Assembly (NCBI RefSeq): GCF_964204865.1
Contig: NC_135254.1
Span: forward strand, 7,688,001-7,752,000
DNA length: 64,000 nucleotides
Source of the DNA: Styela clava
Lineage: Eukaryota
Direction of reading: 5' to 3'
The translations under genes and the position numbers were made by a program. The number at the start of each line of letters is the position of its first letter. Positions within the stretch are counted from its first letter, which is position 1. The notes under the pieces were generated by a model. The model was not told the origin of the DNA, ran no database searches, and saw only the letters and a list, made by a program, of their open reading frames with translations. Below, piece by piece: positions 39,917 through 49,643 of this stretch.

Positions 39917-41053
39917 ATGGCGGGAGGAAACGTGGGTAATCGGATGTTTTTATTTGTGCCGATTGGAATTGGTTTGTTAGTAGGAAGTGTTCTAACTATC
40001 GCTTATGTTAGATCACCATTTTCAGCTCTCCCGGTCAACGATACACAAGGCATGGACGACTTTGATTGGGTAAATTTAGAAAATAAAGACTTACAACGCG
40101 GAAGGAAAATTGTATCTGAATTAATAGGACCAGAGTCAATCGCAGTGGATGAGCATGATAACCTATATACTGGACTCCAGGATGGCAGGATAATGAAAAT
40201 TATAAATCCCGGACAAGCAAACCAAACAGTTATCGACTTGACAAAATCATTCGACTTTGCAGAAGGAAGCCATCGAAAGAAAAAGCGTCCTCTTGGTCTT
40301 CGTCTCCATGGTTCAAAGTTGTATTTTGCAGATGCTTATCAAGGAGTCATTATGATCGACTCAGAGTCACGGACTGTCATAGTACATTACAATGACGTCA
40401 ACCCTCCCTTGGTGTTCCCAGATGATTTGACCATGACATCTGATGGAAAAACGATATATTTCACTGACGTGAGTTTAAAATGGGGTTATGATGACATTAT
40501 TTTTTCCGTTCTTGAAGCTGAATGCACCGGCCGACTTTTTAAAATTGATGTTTTAACGAAAAATACCGAACTTATTTTAGATAGTTTGTGTATATCGAAT
40601 GGGATTGAAATCGTGGAAAATGATACTCATGTTCTTCTGTCCGAACACAGTCGTCGACGTCTTGCATTGGTTAATCTCAAATCGAAAGAAGTTGTGCGAT
40701 ATATTCCACTCCCGGCTGGTCCAGACAACATAAGGAAGAGGAAGAACGGTGGATATTGGGTGGGAATGCCCTATATTGCAGAGCCGGGACACTTTGCGAC
40801 ATGGGGTCCCGCATTCCGCCAGATACTTGCTGGCGCACTAGGATCCGACGGCGCCCTGACTATGTTAAACATAGACCAAGGAGTTGCTGTGAAGTTAAAT
40901 GAAGACTTTGAGCCAGAGAGTATTCATTTAGATCTGGAGGGCAAACTGTCTCAAGCTATCACAGAAATATCTGAACTGAGCGACGGAACACTTCTAGTTG
41001 GGTCTTTCATGGCGAGTGGAATCGTGCTGATTGATCCTTTATTATCTGACTGA
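39917..41053 (+). CDS. Strictosidine synthase-like / APMAP-like protein, copy 3 (378 aa from ATG 39917)
   Basis: MAGGNVGNRMFLFVPIGIGLLVGSVLTIAYVRSP aligns with the paralog starts; the upstream 50 codons of the ORF track are not conserved; full SSL motif set. Confidence 0.93.
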   Translation: MAGGNVGNRMFLFVPIGIGLLVGSVLTIAYVRSPFSALPVNDTQGMDDFDWVNLENKDLQRGRKIVSELIGPESIAVDEHDNLYTGLQDGRIMKIINPGQANQTVIDLTKSFDFAEGSHRKKKRPLGLRLHGSKLYFADAYQGVIMIDSESRTVIVHYNDVNPPLVFPDDLTMTSDGKTIYFTDVSLKWGYDDIIFSVLEAECTGRLFKIDVLTKNTELILDSLCISNGIEIVENDTHVLLSEHSRRRLALVNLKSKEVVRYIPLPAGPDNIRKRKNGGYWVGMPYIAEPGHFATWGPAFRQILAGALGSDGALTMLNIDQGVAVKLNEDFEPESIHLDLEGKLSQAITEISELSDGTLLVGSFMASGIVLIDPLLSD

Positions 41054-41388
41054 AAATATTTCATGTAATTTAGTATATATATATATGTCGTATGAACTCA
41101 GTTCATCTATTACTGAAATATGGAAATTAATTAAAATGTTTCGCAAATTTGATTTACTTGTAGAGCGCCTGTATTCTATTGAAAAAATGTATCTGAAATG
41201 AGTTTGACATATTAAATGATATATATACGTCAGCGTCTACCAAACTGGGATTTGAGAACTCCCGGAATCCATGACGCACGCACAGTCTACAGGGTGTCCA
41301 TAAGATATATTGAGTATTTCGCCAAGTATCGAAATCTAGTCTAATCGTTGAATTAATATTGTTATAAATCAATAGCAATAGCATAGGC

Positions 41389-41720
41389 CAGGGTTGAGCA
41401 ATTACTTTTCTGAGTGGACCAGTTACATATAATAGACTTGGTTACACTGGGCCGTAGTAAGCTCAAAACTCATTATAAAAACTATGAATAAAACAGTTTA
41501 AATACATCAGTCCAACAACTATAAAAACGTTTAAATATTAACAAGAAGCGCAATGCAACAATCAGGGTCATTATGATATCATTTTCATCGATATTTTTAA
41601 CGGCAATTTATATCCATAAAGTTATAGTCGCAATTTCAGCAGACACAAGTGGGCCGGATGAAACACTTCGGTGGGCCGGATCCGGGATCCGGCACGCGGG
41701 CTGTTATTTGCTAACTCCTG
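41389..41720. mobile_element. hAT MITE
   Basis: CAGGGTTGAGCAAAT / ATTTGCTAACTCCTG; TSD GCATAGGC / GCATAGAC. Confidence 0.8.
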
Positions 41721-43881
41721 GCATAGACTCATGGCGTAAACGGTAATATCAAGATGATGCTGTTAGATAAGTATACCGCAAATCTTGTTTTATTTTTACG
41801 AGAAGAAATCATTTGACGTAAATGACAGATAAAATAGCAATTTTGATTAAATATTTTCTGGCAGAATTTTACAAGTAAAAAATTAGCGTTTGTGAGAGAA
41901 TTTTCCTCTACAGAATATCTGTTGTCTAATGAAAAATTACTCCACACCAAGGAAACAGCCGAATCCTAAAATTACCTTTCCTCGCAAAAAAAACACACCT
42001 CTAACCAAATCAGCCACTAATCTGATAGCTCATTTTACTCGAATTTAGCTTTTTACGGATGCTTTTCAAGCAAACAAGAGAGCAATGCCGAAATATATAT
42101 CGACCCGAAAGTCGCGCAGCTCTACCGGTGAGCCGAGTTACTGAAAATATCGGCAGACAGACGACTAATGCGGAATTGAACGTGTTCTCCTTTTGGTAAA
42201 ATCAAACAGCGAACAAATATGGATGCTCAAATATATGAATACGTAAAAGAAATTACTACGTCAAAGAGTGAAACTACGGGTGAAATGACTCTATTTAAAA
42301 AAAATAACACAACTATTTATTGTCCATGAGACGCTAAATGTAGCCTACCTGGTGAAATATTTTTGTTGGTACTTAACACGTTGCGCTTGCTGCAAAAATT
42401 GAAAAACGATGAATACGTAGCGGTGGTCAACGGCCGGCAACCAACTTGTTCATGGACGCCATCTTGTGCCATATTTGGGAAACGCGAAACAATGGAGTCT
42501 TATGGGAAATTTTCGTCGTGTTGTTGTACCGAATCGAATAAGTCAGCTGTTATAAGGACTAGAATGAAGCCGAAGAGTGGATTTTGAACTTTAAGCTATA
42601 TGCTATCTAAATTAACTTTTTCTATCTATTTTAACTTTTTTTAGGTTTAGGCTGTTGATGGGCGCCAGATGCTTCCAGTCACTTCTTTGCTCCTGTTTTT
42701 TTATTGGAAACTATCTAATCATTCTAATGCCTTAAATTTGACCACGCAACGTAGTACCATTTTAGGTCATTTTTCGAAGATTTATAGTAATACGCCAATT
42801 TACGCTGTAAAATATCTCTGCAACAATCCTACAATGTCATTTGTTCTTCTAGCACAGTTTGAAGCTGAGCAGTAGGACATTATGGAGCTTGACAGACGAA
42901 AAATGTTAACCCGGAAATAGACACGGCCACTGAAGCGAATTTGAGTCGGCCGGTTCGACGAATAAATAAAACTTTGCATCTGTGACATCATAAGGAAAGC
43001 CATTGTCAAATGGTTGATCATGACGATTAGCCAACTCACTTCGGAAGCAACTCGGAACCGGTAAACTTGTCTTCAAAACCAATTTAATGCACTATAAATG
43101 TAATAATTGCATTATTCATTTAAATATCTTCAAGTTCAAAATTCCCCCTCGATTTCATTTTAGCCCCCATAGCAGCTAACTTATTTGATTCGGTACAACT
43201 AGAAGAAAACTGCTCATAAGACCCCATTGTTCAGCGTTATCCAAAGATGGCACAAAGTGGTGCTCATGGACTAGTTTAACATTGGACAAGTTAGTTGGCG
43301 GTGATCTTTTCGTATTAATACGACAACCTCATGTTGTAGCTTCGCAATAAACTGAAAATGAAAGCAATCCAAAAAACGAAACGAATGAGGATGCTTTGAA
43401 AAATATTATCCGATTAACTGAAGGAAAAAAATCGCCACAGATAGCTGCCTTGTTCAAATAGAGTGTTGCTTTAGTAGCAGGTGTTAGAATGGGAGCATAT
43501 GCCGGACTGCAGTAGAACATTCATCTGGTAATGCTACCTAACAAAACATTTAGATTCTACTTACTATTTTGCGATTGCTATAGATATTAAAACAAGAAAA
43601 ATATGCATGTTTGTCATGTTATCACGCATGTTTCATACGAGGTTAGGAAGCATCGAAGGTTTGATTTGAATGCAAATAAGTGAGACTTACTACCTTACGT
43701 GTCCATGTTTTTGTTTGCGATCACATCCGTGTTTCCCAATATGCACTTCATTGCAACGGTCTGATTGAATTCCAAAAACCTCGACAAATAAGATTAACAT
43801 ACGTGACTTACGCAATGTACATCAGTACCGGAAAACAGCAAAACCCTAACGTTTTTAGCTGTGCAACGATGTGCCTGCCCT

Positions 43882-44236
43882 TAGGATAGGATAGGAGGAT
43901 AGGATTTACATATTTATCCTGGGGGAGAGGAAAGCCGATAAGACGGCTTATCCATATGGCGAACCACGGCCTCTCGTCCGGTTACCATTCCAAGTCGGGT
44001 ATGGGATTAGATTGACTGTATTGTTTGTTTTCGGAAGCATGGACTTGGTGGTGGAGGAGGAAGCCGTAACCGACCAGCGGTTACGTGGACCACCCAACGA
44101 CGGCGAGGAGTCCAGCAATCCTCTCGCACATAACCATCCTTGTATAGGATTCGAACCTGCGAACCCACGCAGAGTAGTTAGAGGTGCGGTGGCGAGCGTA
44201 TTCCTAACGCTTAGCCCGTTGAGCCACACCACCGCC
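43882..44236 (-). mobile_element. tRNA-derived SINE
   Basis: On the minus strand: A box TGGCTCAACGG, B box GGTTCGAATCC and (CCTAT)n tail; second copy at 46922. Confidence 0.85.
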
Positions 44237-44704
44237 ACCTTCGCGGGATAATAGATGTTTTTTCGTCAGGATGGGCGGGGGAGGGGTGCGGTTTATTTTT
44301 TCTTGAAAGTAACGGGGACACACGACTAAAACAATTTTTAGAGGGAGAAGTGGATCGTTTTCGTGAAGTTCTATTTCCGGGAAAAAATTACTCCTTATTC
44401 GCAGTTAATTAAATCTAGTCCCATCGATTTAAATACTTAAGGATGGAAGATGTCGCTAGAGTTCTATCAGTTTCTTTCAGATTTTTCCTAAGTTCCTTTG
44501 GACTGCTGACACTTTCCGCTTATGTCATATATTCCGGTGGCTTTAATAATCGTTGTATAAACAGCATTATATATATTATTTACTGATATGCCAGACAACG
44601 ATATAAGCTTTTTCCCAATTGAATACATTCGTTTCACAAAAAGACAGAGTAGATAAAATGAGAATATCAGTTATGAATGAACTAAGTTCCCCTTCATAAA
44701 TGAA

Positions 44705-45880
44705 CTAGGTGGAAACATCCGTCGAAAGAAGAGGGTCCACTGGAGGAGGTAGAGGATCAACCAAAGTGATTCCATTTGAGATGGCAGATCCGAGTGCAAG
44801 TGTTCCGTCGCTCAGTTCAGATACTTCTGTGACACCTTGGGACAGTTTGCCTTCCAAGTCCAAATGGATACTCTCGGGTTCAAAATTTTCGTTTAGCTTC
44901 ACAGCCAATCCTTGGGATAAGTTGAATTTGGTCAAAGTGCCTTCCGACCCTAATGCGCCGGCAAGTATCTGACGGAATACAGGAGCCCATGTCACAAAAT
45001 GTCCCGGTTCTGGAATATATAGCATTGCCACCCAATATCCACCATTCTTCCTCTTTCGAATGTTGTTTGGCCCAGCCGGGAGTGGGATGTGTCGCACAAC
45101 TTTTGCAGATTCGAGATTGACTAATGCGAGGCGTCGATAATTGTGCTCGGACAGAAGAACATGAGTTTCATTTTCCACAATTTCAATGCCGTTTGGTAAA
45201 CACAAACTATCTAGGATAAGTTCGGTGTTTTTGGTTAAAACATCAACTTTAAATAATCTTCCGGTGCAATCACCTTCAGTAATGGCTAAGGTGACGTCAT
45301 CGTAATTCCACTTTACACTCATATCAGTGAAATATATTGTTTTTCCATCAGAGGTTATGGTCAAATCATCGAGAAACAACAAGGGCGGGCTGACGTCATT
45401 AAAGTCCACTATGACATCATAAGTATGCGACTCTGAGTCGATCATAATGACTCCTTGAAAAGCATCTGCAAAATACAACTTTGAACCATGAAGGCGAAAG
45501 CCAAGGGGACGCTTTTTATTTCGTTTGCTTTCTTTTGCATAGTCGAATGATTCCGTCAAGTTGATGACACTTTGGTTTGCTTTCCCAGGATTTATGACTT
45601 TCACCACCCTGCCACCTTTGAGTCCAGTGTATAGGTTATCATGCTCATCGACTGCGATCGACTCTGGTTGCACTAGTTCAGGAAGAATTCTTCTTCCGCG
45701 TTGTAAGTCATTATTTTCAACCTGTGCCCATTCAAAGTCGCTCATGACGCGGAAATCGTCGACCGGAACAGCTGAAACTGGAGATCTAACATAAGCAATA
45801 GTTAGAACACTTCCGATCATTAAACCAACTCCAATTGGCACAAATAAAAACATCCGGTTAACCTCATCTCCTCCCGCCAT
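44705..45880 (-). CDS. Strictosidine synthase-like / APMAP-like protein, copy 4 (391 aa)
   Basis: Intact ORF; QPES, RPLGFR, FLDDL, LPNG, GPNNI; Pro-rich C-terminal tail. Confidence 0.93.
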   Translation of the reverse strand: MAGGDEVNRMFLFVPIGVGLMIGSVLTIAYVRSPVSAVPVDDFRVMSDFEWAQVENNDLQRGRRILPELVQPESIAVDEHDNLYTGLKGGRVVKVINPGKANQSVINLTESFDYAKESKRNKKRPLGFRLHGSKLYFADAFQGVIMIDSESHTYDVIVDFNDVSPPLLFLDDLTITSDGKTIYFTDMSVKWNYDDVTLAITEGDCTGRLFKVDVLTKNTELILDSLCLPNGIEIVENETHVLLSEHNYRRLALVNLESAKVVRHIPLPAGPNNIRKRKNGGYWVAMLYIPEPGHFVTWAPVFRQILAGALGSEGTLTKFNLSQGLAVKLNENFEPESIHLDLEGKLSQGVTEVSELSDGTLALGSAISNGITLVDPLPPPVDPLLSTDVST

Positions 45881-46384
45881 ACTTGAAAATAGGGAACGTT
45901 ATTAAAATTATACTCTTTCACCAAACTGCGACGTATTGCGGATAACGCCACCTTCTTCAATCTGCGATGATACTGTAATGCAGTTTTCAAATCGATCGTC
46001 ATTTAAACATTCCTAAAGTAGAAATTAAAGCTCGAGGCAGCGACACGAGCGTGTATGCCCAATACACACCAGTTAAGCAGCTTTGTTAAAACCATTGTTT
46101 GAATTTTTTTAATGCTGCGCTGTAGTTAGCCCACAGGCATACAATAAACTTTTGGTTGGATTTGGAGGCTAACGAAGTCAATATTGAAAATATCTGAACG
46201 ATTTTCAAACCTACCTGCCCGGTCTGATGATGTGATGCGATTTGGCCGTTTGTGAGGTCAGGTCCAAATGCGATTAGTCTGTCAGATAGATCGGTTTACC
46301 GTTTCAGATGTATGGACTTTGAATGAAAGATACAAGACCAACACGCTCCCTAATTGTAATTTTACCCAATAAATTCGTGTACGA

Positions 46385-46877
46385 CAGGGGTCGGCAACTT
46401 ACGGCCCGCAGGCCGGATCCGGCCCGCGGAGTACTATAATCCGGCCAGCGATGCTTCATCGGATTATAGAAGCAAACCAGCTGTTTTGACGATTATATAT
46501 TATATTCTTTACGCAACAGAATTTATTACACGTGTAGACTAAATTATATTATACTCTAACAGATATAAAATTCACTATTACTCGTTTAATGAGCTTATAA
46601 TTTAATTATAATTAGACAAATGGCAACAAAACGCAGAAGAGTTGATGCTAAGTGCAAAGGGTTCAATGGCGCCGAAAATATTCAAATGGAACTTTTTGAG
46701 ATGCAATGCAATGAGGAAATAAATCTATATTGTATTCGAGAAATGTGTCACTGCTTGATTTTTATTATAAAAAGTATCATCCGTTCAGTTTTTAACTCTC
46801 TAGAAATATGCGCGGCCCGCCAATGACTTACGACCTTTAATTTTGGCCCGCGAGCAACAAAAGGTTGCTAACCCCTG
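46385..46877 (+). mobile_element. Family A hAT MITE
   Basis: TIRs CAGGGGTCGGCAAC / GTTGCTAACCCCTG; exact TSD GTGTACGA; internal ORF MATKRRRVDAKCK-AENIQMELFEMQCN. Confidence 0.92.
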
Positions 46878-46921
46878 GTGTACGATGTAGATGATAAACC
46901 GCAGGACTCCGCTACACGCAC

Positions 46922-47247
46922 GGCTGTGGTGTGGCGCATCGTGCTAAGCGTTAGGAATACGCTCGCCACCGCAATTTTGATTACCCTGCGTGGGTTCGCA
47001 GGTTTAAATCTTATGCGGGATGATTAGGTGCGAGAGGATTACTGGCCGCTTTGGGGTGATTCACGTAACCGCTGGTCGGTTACGGCGTCCTCCACCATCA
47101 AGTCCATGATTTCGAAAACAAATAACTGGCTAACTAACCCCATACCAGACAAGGACTGTTAACCAGAAGAGAGGCCGTGGTTTGCCATGTGATTAAGATA
47201 TCTTATCGGCTTTCTTCTTCCCGGGATAAATATGTAAAATCCTATCC
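46922..47247 (+). mobile_element. tRNA-derived SINE (second copy)
   Basis: Homologous to 43882..44236 (GCTAAGCGTTAGGAATACGCTCGCCACCGCA...GGGTTCGCAGGTT); ends ATCCTATCC. Confidence 0.82.
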
Positions 47248-47408
47248 ACGACCGGTACAGTAAAAATACTTCAATTGTGATATTATGCTCGGATAAAATG
47301 CAACAGTTTGTAAACACGAATTTACTCTATCACATAACCATTAGTCAAACTGAGCCCCGGATACCGTTTTTTCCATAGAACCCGACCAAGGGTAGATAAA
47401 GTCGTGAC

Positions 47409-47821
47409 TAGGGCTGGGCATTTTCGAATACCTGATGATTTCAGAATCGAATCGAATATTTTTTTCGAATCGAATCGAATCTCGAATACTTGGGAGATAT
47501 ATAACTGTATGTAACTTTCTTCTTGTATTTGGTCCTCCAGACACATAAATTACTAGAAACGTAAAATACATCACTCAGACAGATTGCTGAGCGTTCACAC
47601 ACAATAAAAAACACGTTTTCATCAATAAATCACTAAAGAAAAGAGTCACATGTCAGAATTGCGTTGAAAGAATATGACTTCAATAAAAAAAATTGAGAAA
47701 TTTACCTCGACAATTGGCGGAAGGAAAAAAACAAGATGGCGACGATTCGAAATTTCGCTCTGAACCGATTCGAATAATTTACTATTCGATTCGAATATTC
47801 GATTCGAAATGCCCAGCCCTA
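47409..47821. mobile_element. hAT (Ac-like) MITE with TTCGAA subterminal repeats
   Basis: TIRs TAGGGCTGGGCATTT / AAATGCCCAGCCCTA; exact TSD GTCGTGAC. Confidence 0.92.
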
Positions 47822-48470
47822 GTCGTGACCCATCAGCGATGGATGTTCCACGATCTTTGACCCCGCAAAAATCTTCCTATACTTCACTGTTGCCAAATTT
47901 TTTATGCTTATTTTTGAAGAGTTGGCGCTTATAAACTGGGTTATACACTCAGAACCATTATTCCAGTTGAAAACATTTAACCACGTGCTCCTTACAGGTA
48001 CTGATAGTTAATTTTAGTCTCGTCTATCGAAGATTTTTCGGGACAAATTTTTGATTACTGCAACTAAACTAAGCTCACGGGAAGACATTATGACATTTAA
48101 TCTACTTGATTGCAACTATTTCTTGGAAACAGAACTGAAAAATAACATGCAAAACCACGAAAACAACCCCTGATTTCCTCCACGACGTACATCATGAATT
48201 ATGGCGGCTCTCAAATATCAGTTTAGCAATCATTACCAGGGGGTAAACAGGTATGCGAGTGGAGTTGTGGACAGCTAGCGAATCCAGTCGGAAAATGTGA
48301 ACGTTCAAGAGTCTTAATTAAGGGTCTAATAGGCTTTTCAAGCCACACAAATTTCAATGTATGATACAAAATACATTTTTTTGCAAGAAAACATTTTTTC
48401 AATTGAATAGAGTCATTTACAAAAAGACAGAGTCGTTTATGAATGAATCAAGTTGCTCTTCACAATTAAA

Positions 48471-49643
48471 CTAGATAGAAACATCCACCAAAGGATGATC
48501 CACTAGAGGAGGTAAAGGGTCAACTGAAGCAATTCCATTTGAGATGGAAGATCCGACTACAAGCGTTCCGTCGCTCAGTTCAGATACTTCTGTGACAGCT
48601 TGGGACAGTTTGCCTTCCAAGTCCAAATGGATACGTCCAGGTTCAAAGTTTTTATTCAACTTCACAGCCACTCCTTGGGTTAAGTTGAAGTTGGTCAAAG
48701 CGCCTTCCGACCCCAAAACCCCGGCAAGTATTCGGCGGAATACGGGACTCCACGTCATAAAATGTCCCGGCTCTGGTATATATGGTATTGCAACCCAAAA
48801 TCCGCCGTTTTTTCTTTTCCGTATGTTGTCTGGCCCAGCCGGGAGTGGGATGTGTCGCACAACTTTCGCAGATTCGAGGTTGACCAATGTGAGGCGCCGA
48901 TAGACGTGCTCGGACAGAAGAACATGAGTTTCATTTTCCACAATTTCAATTCCGTTTGGTAGACACAAACTATCCAGAATGAGATCGGTGTTTTTGGTTA
49001 AAACATCAACTTTAAAAAGTCTTCCGGTGCAATCACCTTCAATACTAGAAAAGGCAACGTCGTCGTAATTCCACTTCAAACTCATATCAGTGAAATATAT
49101 TGTTTTTCCATCAGACGTCAAAACCAAATCATCAGGAAACAACATCGGCGGGTTGACGTCATTATAGTTTACTATGATGTCATAGTTTTTAGTTTCCAAG
49201 TCGATCATAATGACTCCTTGATATGCATCTGCAAAATACAACTTTGCGCCATGGAGACGAAGACCAAGAGGGCGCTTTTTCTTTCTTTTGCTTCCTTCTG
49301 CAAAGTCAAATGATTTTGTCAATTCGATGACTGTTTGGTTTGCTTTCCCGGGATTCATGATTTTTATTATCCTGCCATCTTTGAGTCCAGTGTATAGGTT
49401 ATCATGCTCATCCACTGTGATTGACTCTGGTCCTATTAATTCAGGTATAATTTTTATTCCGCGTTGCAGGTCATTATTTTTAACTTGTGCCCATTCAAAG
49501 TCGCTTATTTCGTAAAATTTCTCTACCGGAAGAGCTGAAAATGGTGATCTCATATAAGCGATTGTTAGTACACTTCCGACCATCAAACCAATTCCAATTG
49601 GCACAAATAAAAACATCCGATTAACCACGTCTCCTCCCGTCAT
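48471..49643 (-). CDS. Strictosidine synthase-like / APMAP-like protein, copy 5 (390 aa)
   Basis: Intact ORF; GPES, RPLGLR, FPDDL, LPNG, GPDNI; closest to copy 4 at the C-terminus. Confidence 0.93.
   Translation of the reverse strand: MTGGDVVNRMFLFVPIGIGLMVGSVLTIAYMRSPFSALPVEKFYEISDFEWAQVKNNDLQRGIKIIPELIGPESITVDEHDNLYTGLKDGRIIKIMNPGKANQTVIELTKSFDFAEGSKRKKKRPLGLRLHGAKLYFADAYQGVIMIDLETKNYDIIVNYNDVNPPMLFPDDLVLTSDGKTIYFTDMSLKWNYDDVAFSSIEGDCTGRLFKVDVLTKNTDLILDSLCLPNGIEIVENETHVLLSEHVYRRLTLVNLESAKVVRHIPLPAGPDNIRKRKNGGFWVAIPYIPEPGHFMTWSPVFRRILAGVLGSEGALTNFNLTQGVAVKLNKNFEPGRIHLDLEGKLSQAVTEVSELSDGTLVVGSSISNGIASVDPLPPLVDHPLVDVSI

Noticed and set aside
42300-43560. Possible exon fragments with a YY1-like motif between SSL copies 3 and 4
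   Set aside because: Short ORFs without recognisable homology; could be decayed TE sequence, so no call is supportable.
44130-44236. Possible tRNA gene (A and B boxes)
   Set aside because: No cloverleaf; it continues into a repeated body and simple-repeat tail, so it is a SINE head.
34159-49515. ORFs antisense to the SSL genes (e.g. 34360..34743, 48544..48903) and antisense to the ZNF genes
   Set aside because: They are shadows of the real CDS on the opposite strand; their recurrence reflects paralogy, not independent genes.
25676-49643. Bacterial horizontal transfer or contamination as the origin of the intronless SSL genes
   Set aside because: The genes have host-like AT-rich codon use, a type II membrane anchor as in animal APMAP, and are interleaved with animal TEs and ZNF/E2F genes. 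Ancient HGT cannot be excluded without a phylogeny, but nothing visible supports it.
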